The position numbers and the translations under genes were made by a program. The notes under the pieces were generated by a model, which had not been told where the DNA came from, did no database searches, and saw only the letters and a list, made by a program, of their open reading frames with translations. Of a stretch of DNA of 32,125 bases, positions 17,678-27,018 are shown in pieces. How positions within the stretch are numbered: position 1 is the first letter of the stretch; each line of letters opens with the position of its first letter. Source of the DNA: Nitrospirota bacterium (GTDB lineage: Bacteria; Nitrospirota; UBA9217); the NCBI GenBank assembly GCA_035623825.1, contig DASPSR010000027.1:1-32125 (forward strand), written 5' to 3'.

Positions 17678-18223
17678 ATGAAAAAGAAAGCCCTATCGAG
17701 CTTGCTGATATTCGCTCTTGCACTGACTACTCTTACAGCCTGTGGCGGAGGTGGCGGAGGTGGAAGCAGCAGCGCGCCGCCGGTACAGCCTACCACGGCG
17801 GTCCTCACACTTTCGACCGCGGTTACCGGCTCGATTCCCGCATCTACCGTCATCGCCGGATATGACGTGACGATTACCCTCCCCGCGGGAGTAACGGTCA
17901 AGAGCACAACACCGCCGCAGACAGATGCCAGCGTCGTGGTTGGAACGGCCAATGGTGCCGCACCCGGGACCTATAACACCGGCTCCTTTTCACCAGCCAC
18001 TGGCAAGGTGCACATAGTATTCGTGAGCCCGCAAGGAAATGGATTTAACGGTCCTGGAGAATTCTGCAAAGTGAACTGCAACATTGCTGCAGGCTATTAT
18101 CCAACTGCAGCCGATTTCCAGCAGCTTACTTTTAAAGCTAGCGGTCTCAACAAAAATCCACAGCCCACGACTGTAGATCTAACCGGTCAATTATCCATGA
18201 CGGTCACGGCGGCCATCAATTAA
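17678..18223 (+). CDS. Lipoprotein with all-beta, possibly cohesin-like domain
   Basis: SD AGGAGG before ATG 17678 (track start 17627 is unlikely). MKKK-hydrophobic-LTA-C lipobox, Gly/Ser tether, then IAGYDVTITLPAGVTV ... VHIVFVS ... GF..GEF..V. Confidence 0.75.
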   Translation: MKKKALSSLLIFALALTTLTACGGGGGGGSSSAPPVQPTTAVLTLSTAVTGSIPASTVIAGYDVTITLPAGVTVKSTTPPQTDASVVVGTANGAAPGTYNTGSFSPATGKVHIVFVSPQGNGFNGPGEFCKVNCNIAAGYYPTAADFQQLTFKASGLNKNPQPTTVDLTGQLSMTVTAAIN

Positions 18224-18235
18224 GAAGTCTTCACC

Positions 18236-18754
18236 ATGAGAATAAGGGCTATCACATCTATAAGTATCAGCGTTGCCGTTGTGCTGCTTCTGTCGCTGTA
18301 CCGGCCTTCGCCGGCCTTCGCAACGTCTATAGTGACGATAACCAAAGCCAGAGAAGGGGTCTTTCTCCTCCAAGGTATCGGGATCGAGGATGCAGCTGCA
18401 CTTGATATCATTGTAGTGTACGATACCGCCACGCTCGCCAATCCCCGCGTCACTGAGGGTCCGCTCATTGCGGGGGCCATGACGGCGATAAACCCAAAGG
18501 TGCCAGGCACGGTACGGATGGCTGTCGTACGCCTTACGCCGGTGAAAGGCAGTGGAGTAATTGCAACGCTTGCCTTTGACCGCACCGGATCCTCTCCCGG
18601 GAAAATCACGTCGCTCAGCGTCAGACTTGCGAACATCAGGGGATCTTCGCTCCCTGCTCTGGTCCGGATAGAAAATGCATCTGAGGCATTCGGGACGGCT
18701 TCGGATTTACCGAACGATCAGACAATGACTACAGGAACTGCCATTGCACGGTAA
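18236..18754 (+). CDS. Secreted cohesin-like domain protein, probably C-terminally truncated
   Basis: Signal peptide ending AFA. AALDIIVVYDTATL...V..G ... PGTVRMAVV...PVKGSGVIATLAF matches the cohesin beta-sandwich pattern. Confidence 0.7.
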   Translation: MRIRAITSISISVAVVLLLSLYRPSPAFATSIVTITKAREGVFLLQGIGIEDAAALDIIVVYDTATLANPRVTEGPLIAGAMTAINPKVPGTVRMAVVRLTPVKGSGVIATLAFDRTGSSPGKITSLSVRLANIRGSSLPALVRIENASEAFGTASDLPNDQTMTTGTAIAR

Positions 18755-19150
18755 AACGGGCTCCGGAGCAATGTTAACACCTTCAATGATTGTTACGCTG
18801 TCATAATGGCGTGGCTGTCGGCCAGGGCCGGTGAAATCAGTGGTTGGCGGGATCCTTACCGCACCGGGGAGTGAACGGTACATTAGATAATATGGGGAAA
18901 ATATTCGCGTAAAAAAGTTTCTTGTGCATTTCTAGGATTGCAAAGGAGAAAGGACAGCCAAGGTATTCGTTTCCCCCTGTGAGCAAGAAAGTTACATCTG
19001 GCATAGCCAGGATTAGCCTCTCGCGCTCTCCGGCGGCAAATCCTTGATGCCGGTGATCGCCAGATCAGTTCTGGACTATAAAACTTCATCTGCTGAGGCG
19101 GTCACGGGAATACATGCGGTCTTTATAAAGAAAGATCTGCACATTTTTTT
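18755..19150 (+). pseudogene. Probable decayed 3' half of the cohesin-like gene
   Basis: A shifted frame from 18903 reads KKFLVHF*DCKGERTAKVFVSPCEQE...SQD*PLALSGGKS. This resembles my recollection of the C-terminal part of longer homologs; not searched. Confidence 0.5.
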
Positions 19151-19358
19151 TAAAGTCCCTGAGTTTTAGATTCAATGTTTTCTTCACCATCCACTTCCTT
19201 GCTCTGATGCACAATAAGGGGATATGCTCTTTCATTTAACGTGAGTTTCATGGCGAAACAACCAGCGTAGCCCAAAGCATTTAAAAATAATCTTCAGAGA
19301 TTATCAGGATTACAATAATATTTTCAGCGTTTAAGTTAGACATTGGAGGCTGTGTCCT

Positions 19359-21188
19359 ATGTGCGGGATCGTTGGATATGTCGGTAAAAACGGTTCTCTT
19401 CAGATGCTTGTGGAAGGACTAAAGAGGCTTGAATACCGCGGATATGACTCGGCGGGGGTGGCGTTCCAGAACGGGAGAGGTTTAGAAGTATATAAAACAA
19501 AAGGCAAGCTCAGAGATCTTCAGAGCATCCTCCCTGACCCCGCACCGGCCATACAGGTCGGGCTTGGGCATACACGGTGGGCCACGCATGGTGCGCCGTC
19601 TTCCGTGAACGCTCATCCGCATCGGGTAGAAGGTATTGCTGTGGTTCACAACGGGATTATTGAGAATTATCGCGAGCTAAGATCGCATTTGGAAAACGAG
19701 GGCCACCGGTTTCACTCAGAGACCGATACCGAAGTCGTGCCGCAGCTGATATCAAAATATCTTCGTCAGGGTGTTGCCATCGGCGACGCGATCCGTGTGG
19801 CCGTCGCGCAGTTACGGGGGACCTATGCCCTCGGGATCATAAGCGATAGCTGCCCGAACACGCTCTTCGCCCTAAGGAAAGGGAGCCCGCTTGTTCTCGG
19901 AATTGGCAGCGAGGCATTTTACTTCGCCTCGGATATCCCCGCGATCCTTCCCTACACACGGAAGTTCATATTCATGGAAGACGGTCATATGTGTACTCTC
20001 ACGCGCGACAACATTGACCTTCGTCATCTTGAATCAAACGCGGTCATATCATGCAAGGACAAGACGGTAGAGATCGGCTGGACGCCTGCCATGGCTGAAA
20101 AGTGCGGTCATGAGCACTTCATGCATAAGGAGATCTACGAACAGCCAGAGGCTATAAGAAATACCATCGGCGAGAGGATCAATGATCCGCTGCATTTCAT
20201 CATGGACCTTGGCGTTTATACTCAGAGGAGAGCAGACATACGGAAGCTGCACATCGTGTCTTGCGGCACATCTTACCATGCAGCGCTGATAGGCAAGTAC
20301 GTCATCGAGAGCATTGCTCGGATCCCGGTAAACGTCGAGATCGCTTCGGAATTCCGGTACCGGAACCCGATTGTTGAGCACGGCACGCTCTTTGTCGCCA
20401 TCACGCAATCAGGTGAAACCGCAGATACCCTTGCGGCTCAGCGCGAAGCAAAACGCATGGGTGCGCGGACCCTCACCATCTGCAATGTTGTGGGAAGCAC
20501 TTCCACGAGAGAGGCTGATTCTGTCCTTTACACTCGCTCCGGTCCGGAGATCGGCGTAGCCTCCACGAAGACGTTTACATCCCAACTGGCCGCTCTCTTC
20601 CTTCTTGCCTTCGGAGTGGCGATCGGACGGCGCTGTCTGACCGAGAAAGAAGCCGATGCAGTAAAGTCACAGCTCAGCGGGATTCCCTGCTTGATAGAAA
20701 AGATATTGAATAAAGACGCCGAGATCAAAGCACTTGCCAGAACCCTTATTCAGGCGAAGGATTTTCTCTATCTCGCACGGGGGATCAACTATCCCATCGC
20801 CCTCGAAGGGGCCTTGAAATTGAAGGAAATATCATATATCCATGCCGAGGGTTACCCGGCTGGAGAGATGAAACACGGGCCGATCGCGCTAATCGACAAG
20901 GATTTGCCAGTCGTTGTTCTGGCCCCCTCCAACGATCTCTTTGAAAAAGTCTTTTCCAATATCGAAGAAGTAAAGGCCCGGGGGGGTCGGGTAATTGCGG
21001 TAAGTGATTCTCCCGAAGCGCTGAAAGGCAAGGCTGATGACATTATCGAGGTCCCATCAACGCATCCGCTGTTCACGCCCTTCGTCAACGTCATTCCGCT
21101 CCAACTGCTCGCGTACCATGCCGGCGTCCAGAGGGGCTGCGATGTTGATCAGCCGCGTAATCTTGCGAAAAGCGTGACTGTTGAATGA
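19359..21188 (+). CDS. glmS: Glutamine--fructose-6-phosphate aminotransferase (isomerizing)
   Basis: MCGIVG, LEYRGYDSAG, GHTRWATHG, SQ/TQSGETADT, EMKHGPIAL, C-terminal DQPRNLAKSVTVE; 609 aa. Confidence 0.98.
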   Translation: MCGIVGYVGKNGSLQMLVEGLKRLEYRGYDSAGVAFQNGRGLEVYKTKGKLRDLQSILPDPAPAIQVGLGHTRWATHGAPSSVNAHPHRVEGIAVVHNGIIENYRELRSHLENEGHRFHSETDTEVVPQLISKYLRQGVAIGDAIRVAVAQLRGTYALGIISDSCPNTLFALRKGSPLVLGIGSEAFYFASDIPAILPYTRKFIFMEDGHMCTLTRDNIDLRHLESNAVISCKDKTVEIGWTPAMAEKCGHEHFMHKEIYEQPEAIRNTIGERINDPLHFIMDLGVYTQRRADIRKLHIVSCGTSYHAALIGKYVIESIARIPVNVEIASEFRYRNPIVEHGTLFVAITQSGETADTLAAQREAKRMGARTLTICNVVGSTSTREADSVLYTRSGPEIGVASTKTFTSQLAALFLLAFGVAIGRRCLTEKEADAVKSQLSGIPCLIEKILNKDAEIKALARTLIQAKDFLYLARGINYPIALEGALKLKEISYIHAEGYPAGEMKHGPIALIDKDLPVVVLAPSNDLFEKVFSNIEEVKARGGRVIAVSDSPEALKGKADDIIEVPSTHPLFTPFVNVIPLQLLAYHAGVQRGCDVDQPRNLAKSVTVE

Positions 21189-21498
21189 ATTGCTCCCCCA
21201 GCACAGTATATATATTTGGAATAAAAGGGAAATTGTCATCAGATCTGCGGTGCAATAAACGGCTGGAGCGCTTCCCGAGGACATTCGTTACCTAAGTATC
21301 ACTGTCATCCGGAAATACTGATCCTCTGCAAAGCAAATTGATACGAGAGCTGAAATGCCGATCCAATATTTCTCAGGTGGATCAGGACATTAGTGTTACA
21401 CTCCTTCTCAACTTCGTGTGGTTGTCACTACTTGTGAAAAAAAAACTTTTTTCCACAACGCGCCTCAGACGGATCACAGAAAAATCATGACGAGCACA

Positions 21499-22977
21499 TC
21501 ACTCCGTCCGTAACAGCTCGGGATTGGTGTGCGGTATGAATACGGCACCAAGGTACTCCTTCATGAACTCGGGATCGTCGTTCATGTGCTTATAGGTAAT
21601 CCTGGCAACGATCTCGCTCGCCGCGCTCGCGAGGTCGCCATTGGCAAGCAGCATTCGTGCACCCGTGAGCGATGAGTTTCCAAGGGGCCTTACGATTTCC
21701 GGGGGCCACGCGGGAAGCATGCCGATGCCGACCGCCTTCTCGGCATTGATGCCCGTGCCGAGCGCGCCCGAAACATAGACGCTCGCGATGTCCCTGAACG
21801 CTATGCCGACGGACCGGGTCAGCACGAGGAGCAGGGTGAACATGGCGGCCTTGGATTTCATGAAATTCTGGATCTCGCTCTGCTTGATATACAGAAAGTC
21901 TTCACATGTGCAGGCAATGGCGAAAGCTTTCTCCCCGTCTAAGTCAATCACCTGTTTTCCCGCAGGTTTTAACGCCCCACTCTTGTCGATAATCCCCGCC
22001 TTGTAGAGCTCATACAGCAGGCTAACCATGCCGGAACCGCAGATTCCCTCAGGCGTAGCATCATCAAAGGTCTTGCATAGAATGTCGCTCCCTCGGATCT
22101 CGACCTCGTAGATGATCCCCTTCTGCGCCCGTTTCCCGATCCTCGATATGCCCTCCTCGAGCGCCGGGCCTGCTGCTCCAGCGCCCACGATCATCCATTC
22201 CCTGTTTCCGATCACGATTTCGGCATTGGTGCCGACATCGATCAGGATGGAAATTTTTTCGGATTGAAACATGCCCGAGGCGATGATGCCGGCCGTGATG
22301 TCGCCGCCCACATAGCTGCCCGCGTTCGGGAATACATATACGATCGCTTCTGGGTTCATGGCGAGGGACAGTTCGGATGCGCGCAGGAATCCCGGCGTCC
22401 TCACCACAGGGACAAAGGGGTTTACAGGAATCGTGCTGATATCGAGGCCGAGAAAATAGTGGCTCATGACGGTGTTTCCCGCCACGGTCATGGCATGAAT
22501 GTCACGGGCATCTATCCCGGCCTCCCGGCAGAGCGCTTCAATGAGACCGTTTATCCCGTCCTTGAGCACTCGAGCAACGTCATCATCCGCATGATCTGTC
22601 ATTGAATATTGCATGCGGGTAATGATATCGCTCCCGTAAGCAACCTGGGGGTTCCCGATGCTTTTCACGAGAACGTCCCTCTGCGAGATATTATCGTAGA
22701 GCTGCCCGACAAGGTTCGTCGTTCCAAGGTCAAGGGCGATGGAATAAGATCGCTCTTTGCCTACATCGATCAGCCTGTATGCGTTCTCGATCCGTCCTAC
22801 AATACACGTTAGGGTCCTGCCCTCGAAGAGGAGAGAAGACGTCTTTCGCAAGACACCGAGAGGAATGTCCAATTGGGCAAGCCCCAGGGCATCTCTTATG
22901 CGCTGGTCATGGGCGCGCCGATCAACGTCAGACGGAAGTGGCAGAGTGATATTCCTCTGAAAAATCAATGAGATCAT
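21499..22977 (-). CDS. ASKHA-domain ATPase, RACo/DUF4445 family (reductive activator of corrinoid proteins-like), no Fe-S domain
   Basis: IALDLGTT, NPQ..YGSDIITR, AGNTVM, YVGGDI, IDVGTNAEIV, AAGPALE, GICGSG, LGNSSL.GA. Confidence 0.88.
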   Translation of the reverse strand: MISLIFQRNITLPLPSDVDRRAHDQRIRDALGLAQLDIPLGVLRKTSSLLFEGRTLTCIVGRIENAYRLIDVGKERSYSIALDLGTTNLVGQLYDNISQRDVLVKSIGNPQVAYGSDIITRMQYSMTDHADDDVARVLKDGINGLIEALCREAGIDARDIHAMTVAGNTVMSHYFLGLDISTIPVNPFVPVVRTPGFLRASELSLAMNPEAIVYVFPNAGSYVGGDITAGIIASGMFQSEKISILIDVGTNAEIVIGNREWMIVGAGAAGPALEEGISRIGKRAQKGIIYEVEIRGSDILCKTFDDATPEGICGSGMVSLLYELYKAGIIDKSGALKPAGKQVIDLDGEKAFAIACTCEDFLYIKQSEIQNFMKSKAAMFTLLLVLTRSVGIAFRDIASVYVSGALGTGINAEKAVGIGMLPAWPPEIVRPLGNSSLTGARMLLANGDLASAASEIVARITYKHMNDDPEFMKEYLGAVFIPHTNPELLRTE

Positions 22978-23116
22978 TGGTCTCCCACTGTTTATTACGA
23001 GGGGCAGAACGATTCATATCAATAACACAACCGGGAGAACGATGTCAATGGATTGTTGCATTCCGCGAGTAACTAGTGTGATCATGAGTGGTTAGAGTGA
23101 CTCATCGGCAACATGT

Positions 23117-23252
23117 TAGGGGAGGAAATCCGGGGGTCGCGTCAATCGATCGACCCTTGTGATCTATTGATACTAATACTGGCTCTCAAAGAGCGAAAGT
23201 GAGGCGGTGCGTAATAGCTGAAAGCCCCGTGCTTTAGCAGCAGGGCGTTGAC
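23117..23252 (-). mobile_element. Possible IS200/IS605-family end / short non-autonomous remnant
   Basis: Minus strand begins GTCAACGCCCTGCTGCTAAAGCACGGGGCTT, a GTCAAC followed by an imperfect hairpin with a TAAA loop. TTCCTCCCC lies ~125 nt further on. No transposase or nuclease ORF. Confidence 0.4.
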
Positions 23253-23373
23253 ATGCAGTAGACCGCCCTATAGGGAATTTTCAAAGTTTCGAAAAGTCGG
23301 TGTTTTAAACATCCCGGGGTTTCAGGAGCATATCACGCGGACAGCGATTGTGGCGGGAGATGTTGATTTGATT

Positions 23374-24606
23374 TCATTTTGTCACCACCACGATTCCCGA
23401 TTCCGTCACGATGCACCCTCGCAACCGGTCACTCTCATGGTCAAAGCCGATCTCCATTCCTTCAGGGATGGCGATGTTCTCATCGATTATTGTTTTCTTG
23501 AGCTTTGCCCCCCGTCCGACACGCACGTTCTCAAAGAGGATTGAATCCTCTAATAGGGCGTAGCTATTGACCTTACAGGAAGGTCCGAGGATCGACCGCC
23601 GAACCGTTGCTCCGCTAGTGATGCATCCTCCGCAGACAAGTGAATTGAGGTTTTGCCCGCGTCGGCCGTCGGCATCAAAAACGGTCTTTGCCGGAGGTAG
23701 GTTCCCCTGATTGGTCAGGATGGGCCAGCTGTAGTTGTATAGGTTCAACTGGGGGCTCACGCTGATCAGATCCATGTTTGCCTCATAGTAGGAATCGATG
23801 GTCCCGACATCCTTCCAGTAACCTCTCTCATTTGGTTCCATTCCGGGGACATAGTTATCGAAGAAACTGTAGGCACAGACCTTATCCCCTCCCTCGAGCA
23901 TCATAGGGATGACATGCTTGCCGAAATCGAGGTCATCGTACCTGCGTTTGCCTTTCTTGAGTACGTCGATGAGCTTAGTCGTGGAAAAAATGTAGTTTCC
24001 CATGGACGCAAAACAGGTGCCCCGTCCAGGGACCTGGGGTGGCTTTTTTGGTTTTTCCATGAACGAGGTGACTTGCAGGTCTTCATTGACACTCAGGACA
24101 CCGAACCGCGTCGCTTCGTCGGGAGTAACCTCGAGCGCGGCGATCGTAATATCCGACTTATCCATGCGGTGGTATGCCATCATTTGCGAGATATCCATCT
24201 TGTAAATATGGTCCCCACCGAAGATAACTACATATTCGGCGCCCGAAGACTCGATGAATCGCAGGTTCTGATAGATGGCGTCGGCAGTTCCCTTGTACCA
24301 CTGCTCACCGATGTGAGTCGTTTCTGGCGATATGGTATCGTAAAATTCGCCGAGCCCGACCCACTTCCCCCACGATTCTTTGATATGCTTGTTGAGCGAG
24401 TAGGCTTGGTATTGGGTGAGGATATAGGCCCTCTTGATGCCGGAGTTGAACATGTTGCTAAGCACGAAATCGACGATCTTGTATTTCCCGCCGAAGGGTA
24501 CCGCGGGCTTCGGTCTAGCGATCGTGATGGGGCTGAGGCGTTCTCCCTTGCCCCCGGCCATAACCATGGCGATGGTATTCCGCGATATGTTTCCATTCCC
24601 GAGCAT
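23374..24606 (-). CDS. glgC: Glucose-1-phosphate adenylyltransferase
   Basis: MAGGKGERL, RPKPAVPFGGKYKIVDF, WYKGTADAIYQN, GDHIYKMD, FMEKP, ASMGNYIF, DFGKHVIP, YWKDVGTIDSY. Confidence 0.97.
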   Translation of the reverse strand: MLGNGNISRNTIAMVMAGGKGERLSPITIARPKPAVPFGGKYKIVDFVLSNMFNSGIKRAYILTQYQAYSLNKHIKESWGKWVGLGEFYDTISPETTHIGEQWYKGTADAIYQNLRFIESSGAEYVVIFGGDHIYKMDISQMMAYHRMDKSDITIAALEVTPDEATRFGVLSVNEDLQVTSFMEKPKKPPQVPGRGTCFASMGNYIFSTTKLIDVLKKGKRRYDDLDFGKHVIPMMLEGGDKVCAYSFFDNYVPGMEPNERGYWKDVGTIDSYYEANMDLISVSPQLNLYNYSWPILTNQGNLPPAKTVFDADGRRGQNLNSLVCGGCITSGATVRRSILGPSCKVNSYALLEDSILFENVRVGRGAKLKKTIIDENIAIPEGMEIGFDHESDRLRGCIVTESGIVVVTK

Positions 24607-25021
24607 GCGCCCTCCTGCTGTTTATTGCCACAGAATACTAGCCCGATAATTCGCTGCTCTCGTAAAAATCATAGTATAGAATTGGGGAAAATACAAGGTG
24701 AAAGGCGAAAAAGTCTCGGCGCTGCTTGACACAGCGTAGTGTTAATGATACTACTAGGCCAAAAGCTGGATATATCGTTAATGATACTTACAATAGACGC
24801 TCACTTTTGTATATTCCAAAGGAGCCCCTTAAGTGAATGTGGCGGGCTGCAACCGCCGCATAGGTCTCTAGGCCCATATCAGCTATACTGACCACATGCA
24901 TTCCAAGGTTATCTTGCCCTGCTCTCAATGCTACGTGTGATAAGGTCTTTGCTGTGTTGGGATTTATGCTGAATGGTCTATATTCACCTGCAGACCGAAT
25001 GCATGGATAATGGATAAAGGT

Positions 25022-25450
25022 ATGAAAAAGAGCTTTTATAGGGATGGCATTAAATTTGAGTGCCAGGGTTCTGGCAAGTGCTGCATAACGAGGGGAAAGT
25101 ACGAGTATGTTTACATATCCTTCAAAGATCGCAAGCGACTTGCCGCTTACCTTGGCATTTCTACGGATACTTTTACGTCTAGATATGCCCAAAAAACCGA
25201 TGGCAGGTATCACATAAAAAATGTAGAAAAGGACTGCTTTTTTTATCAGAATAACCGTTGTACAGTATACGACGCACGTCCTTGGCAGTGCCGCACGTGG
25301 CCGTTTTGGCCTGAGAATATGAGCAGGACCGTGTGGGAAGAGGAAGTCGCATCCTACTGCCCTGGCGTGGGTAAGGGCAGGATGTACTCAGCGGAAGAGA
25401 TTGAAGAAATTCTGATAAAAAGGAAAGACGTAACCGGGTGCCTTGATTAA
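25022..25450 (+). CDS. YkgJ family cysteine cluster (Zn/Fe-chelating) protein; start 25010 or 25022
   Basis: FECQGSGKCC, C.F....C.VY..RP.QCRTWPFW, CPG.G.G. Confidence 0.88.
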   Translation: MKKSFYRDGIKFECQGSGKCCITRGKYEYVYISFKDRKRLAAYLGISTDTFTSRYAQKTDGRYHIKNVEKDCFFYQNNRCTVYDARPWQCRTWPFWPENMSRTVWEEEVASYCPGVGKGRMYSAEEIEEILIKRKDVTGCLD

Positions 25451-25555
25451 GGGCCAGAGAACAGGCCCGAGCATCAGGCTCATATGTTTCGGGCTTCAAT
25501 CCTCTTATTGTATCCTCCTTCCTGATTCACGGGGTCGCATTGCCGCTCAAATGCG

Positions 25556-26257
25556 TCATGAGCCCCCAGATTGCATTTTTTTAGCTTTCTTTTCGACAAA
25601 AGCTTCTAGGGCTTGCTTGGCTTCATGCGTGAGGTTAGAAAATTTTACCCCGTACTGTTTGAGCGTTGCACCTGTTGCCTGTTGGGGGATCCTGACAATC
25701 TCTCCCGTCGCTTGTATCCGTATAGACTCGGGAAGGAAAAAGGAACAGATTACCCGGTCTCCATGCGGGATGGTTTTATCGGTTTCAATGAGCATACCCG
25801 AAGTGCTGATATTTTGCGAGCGGCAGAAGAACGGCGTGTCATTCGTATTCCCGTCAACGGAGAGGCTGATAAGCACACGGTAGGTCTCCCTCCAGGTAAT
25901 GTCGAGGAGCTGTTGCGCTTTTGCTAAAATCAGGGCGGGACTTATCGGCCTCAGTATTACGGCATTCGCTCTGCACCGAGAGCTTAGCTCAATGTCTGCG
26001 CTGTTATTCGTGCAGATCATTATTATCGATACCGCGCCGAGTTCCGAATCTCCCCTGACCAAGGAACAGAACTTCTCGGTGGCCATACCAGGCATGTCGA
26101 GCTGGGTAATAATGAGATCGGCGCGCTCATCGCGATGGATCTTCAGAAGTTCATCGTTCGAAGCAGCAGTGAATACTTTGATGTCCGCTCGTTGCAGAAA
26201 GCTGTTCTTCTGCTGAAGAATACTGCTTATATCCTGCGCTATTATAATTTTTTTCAT
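25556..26257 (-). CDS. Atypical receiver domain plus PilZ domain protein
   Basis: Likely start MKKIIIAQD at 26257. Receiver ADLIITQLDMPGM. PilZ motifs RETYR (RxxxR) and NISTSG ((D/N)xSxxG), then GEIVR and YGVKF. Confidence 0.85.
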   Translation of the reverse strand: MKKIIIAQDISSILQQKNSFLQRADIKVFTAASNDELLKIHRDERADLIITQLDMPGMATEKFCSLVRGDSELGAVSIIMICTNNSADIELSSRCRANAVILRPISPALILAKAQQLLDITWRETYRVLISLSVDGNTNDTPFFCRSQNISTSGMLIETDKTIPHGDRVICSFFLPESIRIQATGEIVRIPQQATGATLKQYGVKFSNLTHEAKQALEAFVEKKAKKMQSGGS

Positions 26258-26826
26258 AATTTGTTCGCAGTCGTCCGCCCTCCTCCCCTCGCTTATCATT
26301 GCCGTTATGACTTTATGACCGGATAATGCCTTCAATATCGATTCGGGACCGAGATCGTGTAAGTGCTTTGATATTATAGCATAAAAGAATATGAAGCCGG
26401 AAGGTTTCAAAAAGGGTCATATGAGACCTTTTCAGAGGACTTCGCTCGACGGGAGGTTGGTCAGATTCTTTTTTTTATGGAGTCTTCGACGCGAATTAGG
26501 ACCCGGATTTTAGCTTTACGCGTTCCTAAAATAACAGGACCTATTTAGAAATTCCTTCGATTGCTAATAGGTAATGTCTTCCGCCTTAAAAGGGCGATGT
26601 CAATCTTTACGATATTTGATGTGTAGCCGCTCATAAATTCAGAACAAAACTTCGCGAGTACCTGGATATTTCATAATTCGAAATAGATCCATGTTCTTAG
26701 GAAGGACCCTCTGATTTCTTTTTTTGTTGCAGCGCTATGAAGACTATGATCGGCTTAGTAATAAAAGAGGATTGTTACTTGTTAGGGGCAGCCCTATCCA
26801 TTCGCGATTCAACGCCGCTTAACTTC

Positions 26827-27018
26827 TCATGATGAGTTCTTCTTGCCAGCCGCGAATATGTAGGCAAAAATCGCCAGAGCAGCAACAATGGATAATTTCA
26901 CAAATAGCATTATCATCTTGACAATCACCCCTGGAACCTCAATTGGAAGGTCATGCCATACTATCAGGGCTGAGACGGCAAAAGCGATAACCAAAATAAG
27001 GATTTGTTTACGATTCAT
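26827..27018 (-). CDS. Small hypothetical membrane protein (2 TM helices)
   Basis: SD AAGGAG 7 nt before ATG, two hydrophobic segments, basic ends. Confidence 0.7.
   Translation of the reverse strand: MNRKQILILVIAFAVSALIVWHDLPIEVPGVIVKMIMLFVKLSIVAALAIFAYIFAAGKKNSS

Noticed and set aside
13205-18754. PEP-CTERM sorting signals or an exosortase gene
   Set aside because: No VPEP-TM-basic tail on any protein here and no exosortase in the window; they may lie elsewhere.
19150-19358. glmS ribozyme
   Set aside because: No recognisable conserved core; the region is simply AT-rich.
21432-21458. AT-rich inverted repeat between convergent glmS and ASKHA genes as a terminator
   Set aside because: The stem is mostly A/T homopolymer with no following U-tract; too weak to call.
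23914-25213. 271-aa plus ORF and 141-aa minus ORF
   Set aside because: Antisense overlaps of glgC and the YkgJ gene.
26258-26410. N-terminal extension of the REC-PilZ ORF
   Set aside because: The receiver fold starts at MKKIII; the upstream part begins at TTG and looks non-coding.
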